A stretch of 64,000 nt of DNA from assembly GCF_009914755.1 (NCBI RefSeq), contig NC_060928.1; one strand, given 5' to 3'. The DNA is from the human T2T-CHM13v2.0 reference genome, Homo sapiens. This document shows, piece by piece, positions 50,496 to 64,000 of the stretch (within the stretch, counting starts at the first letter, position 1; each line of letters begins with the position of its first letter). The position numbers were made by a program, and so were the translations under genes. The notes under the pieces are model-generated. The model did no database searches. It saw only the letters and a list, made by a program, of their open reading frames with translations, and had not been told where the DNA came from.

Positions 50496-51115
50496 TTAAG
50501 TCAGAAGAAGGTAACAGCTACCACTATTATGCACAGAACAGCAAAAAGAACAAGAAAACATAAAGTCAAATGTTCAACAAAATACACCTATTACCCCAGA
50601 CACCAGCCCTGCCATGCAGAGGCACGGTTGCTCCAGGCTTAGCTAGACTCAGAGTGGGTTATGTTACAGGAGACCTTACCCCTGTATTGCTTTACTTATA
50701 TACAGAAAAGGTGAGTGTGAGGCAGGGACCATTAGACCAACCAGCCAGTAGGAGGTTTATCACTGGAGAGTGGTTTTGCTGGAGAAGCACCCTTCTGGGG
50801 CCCATTTGCTTAGGAAGTCCATATACTAGCTCCAGTGTCAGCTGGAAACCTTGTAGCCTGTCCACTAAGCTAGCTCAGTCCTGGCAAGCTGCCTCCTTGA
50901 AAAGCTTACCACAAGGGTGTGGGGGAATATGAGACTCACCAGGACAAGCCAGCAGAGGGTTTGTCTCTGCATAGAGTCTCTAATGTAATGCTCTGTCCAT
51001 TTGAATATAGGTATTATAGTATCCCTGTACAAGAGAAATCCTAGAAATGAAAGCAATGCTTTTAATTCTAACATCTATGCTCATATTTGGGTATTTTTCA
51101 AATGCTGACATTTGA

Positions 51116-51286
<171 letters not shown>

Positions 51287-51347
51287 TAAGAAAGACACTT
51301 GTATTCACTTTCATATCCTCTACCCACTACATAAGTTCCAATCACAT

Positions 51348-51878
51348 TGTTACCAGAAAGGGGTCCCGATCTAGATCCTTTCTTGGATATCACACAAGAA
51401 AGAATTCAGAGCGAGTCCACAGTGCAAAGCAAAAGCGAGTTTATTAGGAAAGTAAAGTGGTGAAAGAATAGCTACTCCATAGACAGAATAGGGTGTTCTC
51501 GAAAGTAAGAGGAAGAATGCATTTACCCTAGGTACAATGCTTGTTTAGATATAGGATAAAAAAAGATCATGGGAAGATGTGCTCTGCTACAAGAGTTTGT
51601 GATAAAGGATTCGTTTTCTAAATTACTGTATTTTGCAAGAATCTATTTATTATATTTAAAGCAAAATTAGGAATGCCTCTGTTCTCAAGATATCGGGATA
51701 TCAGGACACTCCTAAGTCTGGGTCTGTTTAGTAAATATTATCAGTCTGTTCCCTTAACTGTAAACATCTAGAGGCCAGGAATGCCTAACTTTCTGGGAAT
51801 GCAGCCCAGCAAGTCCCAGCCTCATGTTTCCTAGCCGTCACTCAAGATGGAGTCGCTTTGGTTCAAACGCCTCTGGTA
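51348..51878 (-). mobile_element. Solo MER41-family LTR (ERV1)
   Basis: Reverse reads cagaggcgtttgaacca.agcgactccatcttga; other end tgttaccagaaaggggtcccgatc; 4-bp TSD acat. Confidence 0.85.
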
Positions 51879-52279
51879 ACATTTTCCATCTTTCTTGTGT
51901 TTGAAATATTTGAAACTTGACATGTATCAATGGGGACAGGGGAGAGGGAGAAGGAGCTAGTTTTTTTATTTTCACTTGACTGTCTGCACTGTGCCAGGAA
52001 TTGTACTAGGTGCTTTACGCACATTGTCTGATTTAATTCTAAATAATCCTATAGATTGTTAAATCTCTAGTTTATTGATGAGAAAACTGAGGTTCAGAGA
52101 GGTCAAATGACTTTCCTAGGGCCACAAAGCCATTATGTATCTGTACCAGAATTTGATTAGGTCTATCTAATATAAGTTCATATGCTTTCAGCTAAAATCT
52201 TGCTGCTTTCCTGCTGCCAGATTAATTAAATGAGTTTCTGGAGTTCTTAAGCAATTATTACTTCCCACCCTTCCTTTAG

Positions 52280-52387
<108 letters not shown>

Positions 52388-52454
52388 TAAAGTTAGAGGT
52401 CCATGAGAGCAGGGAATTTCTCTATCCATTTTTCCTATTAAAACGTTCTTTGTG

Positions 52455-52822
<368 letters not shown>

Positions 52823-53395
52823 TTAACACTGGAAGAATATATATGCAAAGCCCATAGAAGGCTCAAAAGAAACAAACCTCTAAAGCCATTGATCTTCTGT
52901 CATATTTGCATTAAGTATCTATGTTCCTTACAATTAGTAGTTAATGTATGACTGTTCAAATCTGATAATTTTTTAAATATTAAATAAAGGTAAAGAATAA
53001 GGTGGGATAAAGTGGAAACTTGTCAAAACAACAAAGGTGGAATGGATAGATGCCTGAAAGTAACTTGAAGAAAACAATCAGGGCAGTTGAAAGCCCATTC
53101 AATCAAGTGCTTTCCATTAATATTTCTACAAGTCCTCACTATTTAAAACATGAAAAATGCAGAGACACGCTTAACAAAGACACCCTTCTTCAGAGTTAAT
53201 GGTTTGATTAAGGGGATCCATTAAGTTGACAACTCTTGAATGACTTAGTAGCTCTAATCTAGGACAGTTAAAGGTTCTGAAATCGCTTTGAAGTCCCAGT
53301 ATTAAGTCTATGGCAACAGGAGGCTTTGAATCACTGTAATGTCCACACAGGGTAAATGCTGTCTGGACCACAGACTCTCCATTAAAACCAAGACC

Positions 53396-53503
53396 AATGG
53401 TGTGAACCCGGGAGGCAGAGCTTGCAGTGAGCTGAGATCGCACCACTGCACTCCAGCCTGGGCAACAGAGCGAGACTCCGTTTAAACCAAAAAAAAAAAA
53501 AAA
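53396..53503 (+). mobile_element. 5'-truncated AluY-like 3' fragment
   Basis: aatggtgtgaacccgggaggcagagcttgcagtgagc...poly(A); TSD aagaccaa. Confidence 0.88.
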
Positions 53504-54531
53504 GACCAAAACTCAAGTCTGAGAGGCTTGAATTGGTTGGTATCCCAAGAATCAATTGGAAATGCAATCTTCCCTAGGCAAAAGGGATTAGCTACAGGTT
53601 ATGCAGTGACATGTTTGTCAAAATAATTTACATTTCCTTCTCTGAATAGATTTTAAATGGAAAAAAAAATTCAAGAGCACATTATTTTGCAAATCACACT
53701 GCCTGTGATAGTTGTTTGGCATTGCTAAATTTCACATTTGGGAAGGTATTCAGAAATAATTACTCTAAACTCCTTGACAAGTGAATTTCCTTCACTATAT
53801 TCTGGTAATATCTGTGCTCTGTGTGGGTGTCTCTAAAACCCACTACCTTCTGAGGCAGTTTGCTCTCTTTCCAATAGCTCTGTCATAAAAGTTTTCCTTG
53901 AACTGTGCCATAATCTATATACTTCCCTGTAATTCCTATTCTTAGGTCCTGGTTCAATTCTCTGGAGCCACACATAACAAGTAGAAACCTGATTCAACAA
54001 TAATAATATTAATAACAATATTTATTAGGTGCATATTATATGTTATTGCCGGGTAGTTTATACATCACCTCAATTAAACCTCACAACACAATTGGCATTG
54101 TCATCCTCATTTTATAAATGGAGAAACAGAAGCCTAGAGAGGTTAAGTAACTTGCTCAAATCACAAAGTTTACAATAGAGGTGGGATTCAACTTGTACTG
54201 GCTTTCAATATACTATCATTGCTTATGCCTGGGAAATGAGGTTGGTAAAAGCAGAGAAAACTATTGAACTTTTTTGTTTCTATGTTTCAGTACATTTTGG
54301 AGAATGACTTTATTACTTCTGTCATTTAAAAAGTTTGACTCCAAAGTGCATGCTCTCAAGTGTACCCACATTTGGTAATGTCTAAAGACATTTTTGGCTC
54401 TCACAACTAATAAGAGTTGGTACTGCCACTGACATCTAGTGTGCAGATGCTAGGGATGCTGCTGAACATCCTACAATGCACAGGACAGACCTCCATAGCA
54501 AGCAATTATCTGGCCAAATATCTATAGTGCC

Positions 54532-55518
<987 letters not shown>

Positions 55519-55971
55519 TAACATTTGATCTAAGCTTTGGAATATAATTAAAATTCTGAAAAATGGAGATGGGAAGTTGGGCATTCTAGAAATGGGGAAT
55601 GGCCAGTAGCCAATATTTATTGATTGCTTACCATATGCTGGACATTTTTCTTAGTGTTTTATATCTATTCATTCACTACTCATAACAATCCCACAAAGTA
55701 GATACTATTATTGTCTCTTTTTACTAATGAGGAAGCCTCAGATTCCTCATTTGTAAACCAAGTTTTGAACCCAAAACTGCGTTTAAACCAAGACTTGAAC
55801 CTAAGCAAATTGTATATTCAGTACACCCTCTGCTAAACAATGAAAAGAAGGCAAGGAAGTACAGAGCCCTTTCTGGCGAGTGCTTAGAGAGATGAGATTA
55901 GAAAGATGGGATTGGCTTTGAATGCCAGTCTGAGCAATTTTGGTTCAATTTATTAAACAATGAGGAGTTGA

Positions 55972-56352
<381 letters not shown>

Positions 56353-56794
56353 TAGATAGAATGGTGGTGAGAAAACAGATGTGTGGGTTTGTACTTTCAC
56401 TGAACCAGTAATCGGGTCAATCAGCAATATGTTTATATTTATCTTGCTTTGCCTAAAACTTAAGACTTTTAGTCAAAGCAAGACAAATATAAACATGCTC
56501 TACTTCTAGAAGAATGTTCTCAATGTGAGGAAAATGAAATATCACAAACTAGAATATCAGATTGCTCTTTTATTTGACAAGTATTGGCAAGAATACATTT
56601 CCATGTCTGATCTTACATCCTTGGCTATGGTATGCATTGAATCAATTCATAGGATCATAAGACTAGATGACCTTCATGAGTCACCTCAATTCATTTCATG
56701 AAATAAATATATGTACAAGTATGCTTTTAAACAGCTCTAGAAAAGAGTTTCCAGAACTTTCACTGGTTAGCAACTGTCCCTGAACCTTCATTAA

Positions 56795-56925
56795 ACCTAT
56801 TTATGCCTACTGTTCCATTACTGGAACGCTACGCATGTGGGAGTTATTTATATCCTACCTCTCAAGGTCATTTCCAAGGTCTGATTGCAAAAATTCAAAA
56901 AATTGCAACCTCAGGCATAAATGTG
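56795..56925 (+). mobile_element. MER85 (piggyBac/PGBD3-derived MITE)
   Basis: TTAA on both flanks; TIRs atttatgcct / aggcataaat; internal gttccattactggaac. Confidence 0.9.
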
Positions 56926-58491
56926 TTAAGAAATAAATGTCTTCCTGTAACATAGTTGTATAGCATTTATACATACTGCCCTCATTGGATTTGGGAGAAT
57001 ATATTGATGGTGACCTCTTATTCATATGTAAACAAATACAGTAATAACATCAACAACAACCACCATGATGTACTGAATCCGTACTCTGTCCTTAGCACTA
57101 TGTCAAACCTTGGATGCATGTTCTGACCTGAATATGCATAGGTGTCTTGGACAAGGGGTCTCCAACTTACAGAAGAGGAAAATAAGCTTCAATTTATGCA
57201 GGGTGACATAGGCAGAGGTAACACATGTCTGTCTGACTCTAAACTGTACATATTCAGCATATATTTACTGCACATCTTCTGTGTGACAGACATTTCTTAG
57301 GCACTGGGAGTACAGTAGGCTAGAAAAGCAAATAAAAATTCCTCCAAGCTTACATTCACATGTAAGCGTAAGTTGTTAACTACTAACCTATAGTGCACAG
57401 ATTATTGTGCTTACTCTAGTCTATCCATTATAATTAAGACTTAGATAGAGATGGAAAAAAACAAACATACTCCTTTTTTTCCAGTATTACAATTTGGTTC
57501 CCAGAGAAAAATATCATCACTATCTCCCATCTGCAATGCACTGAAATTTAAATTAATTGTATATTTTGTCAGTAAAACAGTGCTTCTCTAGATATATGCA
57601 TTTCAAAATATTTTAGAAAGGGAAAATATATTCTGAATGTTTGTCTTCATGTATAATATAAATTCAAATGAACGCCAACAAACATGTTTACACACAAAAA
57701 TACTTCCAGACAAAAGATGATTTTGCTGTTTCTATGTATATGTAACAGAAGAACAGGCAGTCAGCTAGGACCCCACCTTGGGGGTGTGTTTCTAAAACAC
57801 GTGAAAGCAGTCTATCCTGGCAGAAACGATGAAAGCCCAAGACTCCTCCACGCTAGGCATCCCTCACGGGCCCTGACTTCTTACTGCAGGACTTTAAAGA
57901 GGCCTCCAGGGCTCTGAACCACAGTCCTCAAGTCCTGCAGCCTTCCTTCCCTAAAGCTATTAAATGGCAGTCAGATTCTGCCTTTGGTGGCAGGTCACTA
58001 CCGCACTGTGGCTGTAGAAAGCATTTATCTTAGACCTCTAAAATGAGGGCTTAAAAAACCCCTATGGAAGGCAGATTCTTTGTGGCTGTTTGATAAGGAA
58101 GGCATGTTGATTGACAGAACCCTTATGTCCAAAAGAGGCAGTGGCAGAAAACACTGCTCAGTGATTCACTTGCAGACAATTCAGGAAAGAGAAGGTCTCA
58201 TCCTAAAATTATAGGGTCAACAACCTGGAATTGTTTTTCCACTTACAGCAATACTTCCTGGATTAGCAGATTAGAGTCTCTCCTCTACCACCATGCCATA
58301 TGGAACCATTCCATAGGATGTTTTAAACATATCTACCAATGGAAAATTTTTAAAGATGGGTAGAAACTCCTGAAACTCTTATTTTAATATCACTTACATG
58401 ATCTTGTTAAAAATGTTTTTTTAAAGATTATCTCTGTTACTAAAGCCTGCCTCTTGTTTCTTTTTCTTTCTTTCTTTCTTGCCTCTGATAG

Positions 58492-58512
58492 ATGAGTAAC
58501 ATGCTTAAGAAG
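58492..58512 (+). CDS. CC2D2A: Candidate alternative 21-nt microexon of CC2D2A (MSNMLKK)
   Basis: Long pyrimidine tract, then ttgcctctgatag|ATGAGTAACATGCTTAAGAAG|gtactaag. Phase 0-0 fits the flanking exons and there is no stop. Confidence 0.7.
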
Positions 58513-58869
58513 GTACTAAGTATTTTGTTTTACTATTTTATTGGTCAATAGTTATTAGGCTTTAATTAGCTGCTTCTGTCCACTGCCACCTGAGGGACAG
58601 GTGTTATGTCCTAACGTATGTGTAATGCCTGGGCATTGAATTACAGATGTCTCCAGTTCCATGAGGAATGTCCTGCCTTATCTTTTGGCCCATTTCATTT
58701 TACCAGAAAGACTGTTAGTTAGCTTTGAATCTAAGAAGTCATCAGTCTGAATGTCACCTGCATACTGGGAGCTAGCTCTACTCTTTGCAAATCTATAAAA
58801 CCCACGAGCTGCTTCTTACAGTGTATCTCTGAAAGTTATTTCTGGTGGGTTGGGGCTGTCTCAGTACAG

Positions 58870-59183
58870 CTTTTCTTTTTTGTTGTTGTTTTTTGTTTTT
58901 GAGAGAGGGTCTTGCTCTGTCACCTAGCTGGAGTGCAGTGGTGCCATCACAGCTTGCTGCAGCCTCGACCTCTTCAGCCCAAGTGATGCTCCTACCTCAG
59001 CCTCCCAAGTACTGGGACCACAGGCATGTGCCACTAGGCACAGCTAATTTTGTTTATTTTTTTTGTAGAGTTGAGGTCTCCTTTTGTTGACCAGGCTGCT
59101 TTCAAACTCCTGGGCTCAAGTGATCCTCCGGCGTCAGCCTCCCAAAGTGCTGAGATTACAGGTGTGAGCCACTGCACCTGGCC
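58870..59183 (-). mobile_element. AluJ
   Basis: Antisense Alu consensus. Confidence 0.9.
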
Positions 59184-60526
59184 AGTGTAGCTTTTCAAAG
59201 GCAACATACACCCATTCAGTTTTTTATAAATGTTTACATTAGAGGCCAAAGAATTGAGCCAGTCAAGAACCTTTCAAATTTTCTGTTGAATCAAACTGAA
59301 ATTTGTCAGCTCCACCTTAATTTGTTTCATCATAAGTGACCCAAATTCTTTCAGTATTTAACTTCTCCTTGGCACTTCTTAGATCACTAACATAGCATAC
59401 TACTAATCCTTAAATTCCTGTTTCACACCATAAAATGGCATCTTGGTGGCCTAGACAAGTATTAAAGACTAAATGCTTACCATGTGTATGCTAGGTGTAC
59501 ATAAGGAATATTCAAACACAGGCCTCAAGAAGGACTGCTTATAGAGGCAAGTGACTCAACAGAACATTCCAATGAAAGTGGTAGAAAAAGCTTTAGACAC
59601 ACTTTTTTTTTTTTAACTTGGAAGGCCAATAATCAGTACTGATTCAAGATTGTTGTTGTTCTTTTGGACAGTGCCTATAGCTGCCTCTCTTACATGCTCC
59701 CACAGCACTGTAGGTCTCAAGTCCCTGATTGCTTATTAATGTTCCCCTGTAGACTAAAAGTTCTTTTGGAGGATTCTTCCATACTCATTTATCCAGAGTG
59801 CCTGGAATTTTTCAGACTCCCAACATTTTTCAAAACTTGGATGAATGAGTAAATGAAATAGTTTAGAGGAACACAGATGAATTCAACTGTGTCCTTTTTT
59901 GCACATCATTCTTGTTTTATAATTCTCCATTTTTCCACAATTACAATTACTCCTGGACTGACCATTCTACATTAGAAATCTGTGATACACCTACACCAAA
60001 GCTGTATGAGCTTACCTCTTTCACTTAGTTACATATTCATCGTAACTTTTATTAGGTAGCTACTGTCTTGGCACTATGCTCAGCAGCAGGCAGTTATGAC
60101 TGTGATGATGTTAAGATTTAGATGTCAAGGGACATTTTATGAGAATATATAGGAGGCTTCTGGAGATATCTCCATCCTAAATAACCCCTACAACCACTAC
60201 TCCAACTTCTTAGGGTATAGTAATCAAATCTGGAATAGAAGCCACAGTTCAGCCCCAATATAAGGGGCAGACAAGAACAATTGGGATAATCTAGATTCTA
60301 TTTGAGGTCATAAAAAGTAATGAAATGTTTTCCATTGCCTCATTCATTCACTCATTTGTTAAATACTTACTATGTGCCAAGTAGTATTCTCCACACTGGA
60401 GATAAAAAAACAAAATCCCTGAAGTCAGGAATCTTACTTTGTGGGAAAGACTGAGAAAACAAATATATCACAATGTCAAAAACATTTTCAAGCACTGCCT
60501 CTAAATTCTGTTTTAAAATTATTATT

Positions 60527-60829
<303 letters not shown>

Positions 60830-61069
60830 CCCAAAATTAATTTTTAAAATAAAATTTTCAATTTGTTCTGAAATCCTTTAAAATGTAACCAACTATGAAA
60901 ATATTTTTATACAAAAAAAAATTTAAAAATATTTAAAGACCCACTCTTTTTCATGTTATTTTTGTTAGTAGCAGCTTTAGTGGGGGAAATGACAATATGT
61001 GTGTAAAGGAAATCTACATTTGTTCTGTTTCATCTGCTTTGAGTTACTTTTTAAAAGTCTGGGAATTGG

Positions 61070-61229
61070 TGGCTGGATGTAGTGGCTCACGCCTGTAATC
61101 CCATTGCTTTAGGAGGCCAAAGTGGGAGAATCACTTGAGCCCAGGAGTTTGAGGGTACAGTAAGCTGTGTTTGTGCCACTGCACTTCAGCCTAGGTGACA
61201 GAATAAGACCCTGTCTCAAAAAAAAAAAA
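61070..61229 (+). mobile_element. Monomeric Alu (FRAM/FAM-like)
   Basis: About 150-nt monomer and poly(A); TSD aaaagtctgggaattg. Confidence 0.85.
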
Positions 61230-61820
61230 GTCTGGGAATTGTTTGCTCATCTTGGCTCAGAGAACCAAGATGAGCAACCAGTTATTTAAAATAATTCTTA
61301 TACATTTGATGTTTCTAGTTCTGCCTCTTTTTTCCTTTGAGATCCATTACTATTAGTTATTTCACTGCTTATGGACTTGAAACATTTTAACACATTGATA
61401 TAGATCCATAAATTTGCTGCCCATTTAACATGAGTTGCTTAAGATTTACATATGAGATGTTAGATTTTCTGGGGCCGCCCCCCAGCCTGCACACTTAAAA
61501 CCACCATCAAAATACACACAAAACTCTACTGCCTAATTCTAGCCTCATCAATCAGAATTAGTACATCACAGTTTAATTTTCATAGATTATTAATGTAGTA
61601 GTTTCCATATGGCTGCTTACCTGCTACTTTATTTCAATCCTGTCAAATATATTTTAAGTATTTAATGAGTCGGTCTAATTTTCAAACTACAAATTTAATT
61701 TAAATAAAGCTGCAGGGACACCAGGACATGACAGCTTTGTAAGGAGTCAGTCATATTCCCAAACCATACATTTCCTGCATGTTGACTGTGGAATCTGAAC
61801 ACGTACTTTCTCTCTTGTAA

Positions 61821-62072
<252 letters not shown>

Positions 62073-62246
62073 TAGTCAATAAGTGCTGTGCTAAAACTGT
62101 TTTCACATTTCAATATATTGCCATTTTAATTACCATATTTCATAGTGCTTAAGATGTTAACTATATCGAGATCATTAATGACAAAAGTAATGATTAAAAC
62201 ATTTTTATTAACATGAGGTTTTCTTCCTTTAGAAAAGTCTGAAGGC

Positions 62247-62548
62247 AGCCGGGCAGTGGCTCATGCCTGTAATCCCAGCACTTTGGGAGGCCAAGGCGGG
62301 CAGATGACTTGAGGCCAGGAGTTTGACACTAGCCTGGCCAACATGGCGAAACCCCATCTCTACTGGAAATACAAAAATTAGCCTGGTGTGGTGGTGCATG
62401 CCTGTAGTCCCAGCTACTCGGGAGGCTGAGGCCTAAGAATAGCTTGAACCTGGGAGGCAGAGGTTTCAGTGAGCCAAAATTATGTCATTGCACTCTAGCC
62501 TGGGTGACAGAGCAAGACTCTGTCTCAAAAAAAAAAAAAAAAAAAAAA
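62247..62548 (+). mobile_element. AluS
   Basis: Full Alu; TSD aaaagtct(g/a)aagg. Confidence 0.93.
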
Positions 62549-64000
62549 GTCTAAAGGTACCAGGGATGACAGTTTCCATATGTTGGAAAATTAACATATG
62601 GAAAATGCTTTACACTTCCAAAATGTATTACATAAACATGTTTTCATTATGTATTCTCAATCACTTTGTTAGGATTTGAACTGATGCCTCTGACTTCAGA
62701 AGTTATACACATTCAACTGTACTAAGATAACTATCCAGTATTACGCCTAATGCTATATGCATCACTGAGTTCAAATTAAGCAAAATTTATTTCAAATATT
62801 TAAGTATTTTCAGCATTTAGACCATCATTCCAAAGTACTTCCACACTGGGCCATTAAATATGCATGCACCATTCTCTGGCTTCAGAGCACCATACCCATC
62901 ACAAACTTGTGTGAATCAGAAGGCATATGTTAACCAGGCTAATTTTATGTGGATACCATAACCCATAACTGCCTTTGGAGAGTGGATAATATAGGAAGTT
63001 ATTGCTACTAATAGTCACTAATATACTAATTTAGAAACAAGGTAATGATATATCTTTTTGTAGATATAGATGTATCAAAAAAAACCCCACTTTGTGTTCT
63101 ACATTTCATTTGCTTTTTATATTACACAATTTTTATAGAAAACAATAATAGGGACTTCTATTCTACCTAGCATAGTAGATGTACAGAAAATTTCTCCCAG
63201 TAGAGAACACTTAAGAGTGATGAATAAAATATCTAATAAGTCATGGCTGAAATGAAAGTAAAGTGATAGGGAAAATATAAGAGACAAGAAATAAGAAAGG
63301 AAGATTCTACAATGATGAAAGCTTGAAATAGTGTTTGCTCTCAGGTCATCTGATAATTCCTAATGACTATAGCTGGGTTTCAATGACCACAAGGCTGTGG
63401 GACACAGGGATAATGCATGGGGCTACAGCAGCCTGGAAGACTGAATTAGAGACTCAAATGCAGAGTTGGGACTCTTCAGGATAATACCATCAATGGATAA
63501 ACTAGGAAATGCCCTGTCTAAAGAAGGAACACTGCCTGTCTCAGTCTTGACTTTGGATGGAAGAGAAAAAAAGAAAACTTTCTAACACCTACTCTGTATT
63601 TACTCACATTTGAGACTGGAATTTATACTACCTGTATAACCCAAAAAAACTTCAACTGAAAATCTAGTTGAAAGTATTTCCTGTTGGTAATGCCCCTAGA
63701 TCCCTGTTGAAAGCAAACATAAATACCACAAATATTCCTAGAAGAATGCCCTTCTAACTCAGCCTCAAAAAAATTCCACAGAAAAAAATTCCAAGAAACA
63801 TGAACATACAATGAAAGATCATCAATGAAGAAGTAAATCACCATAAAGAAGGTAAGAGTTCATTCACAAAAACAACAAACTGAAGAATCAGGCCATAGTA
63901 ACTCCAGACAGGAGAATTATTGGATGTAAAATATAACATAGACATGTTTAATATATTTAAGAAATTTGGGGAATTTAAAGTATAATTAAAAAACAATAGA

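Noticed and set aside
63150-64000. A-rich region with AAG|gtaaga at about 63851
   Set aside because: Looks like old L1 sequence; no acceptor or frame linking it to CC2D2A.

Overview
Primate, almost certainly human, genomic DNA covering the middle of CC2D2A (MKS6/JBTS9, ciliary transition-zone protein) on the + strand. Nineteen GT-AG exons between 9330 and 62060 splice into one open frame of 2826 nt (942 codons), containing a coiled-coil region, basic clusters and the C2 domain. By my recall of the reference these are about exons 13-31 and aa 384-1325. The start and stop codons lie outside the window. Introns hold about 27 Alus/Alu fragments, a THE1 MaLR, MER41, MLT2A and MLT1 LTRs, L1 3' ends, MER85, MADE2, MER5A, MER20 and MIRs. 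The best hidden signal is a 21-nt frame-preserving microexon candidate at 58492-58512 (MSNMLKK) with an upstream UGC motif (SRRM3/4-type) and downstream UAG cluster (Musashi-type). Other notable items are a latent GCAAGT donor beside a weak donor, a tiny L1 with an apparent 3' transduction, a MER85 with its palindrome, a GAS motif in a solo MER41, and local duplications. No prokaryotic-type system, CRISPR array or RNA gene is supported. Repeat family names come from recalled consensus sequences, and repeat boundaries are approximate.
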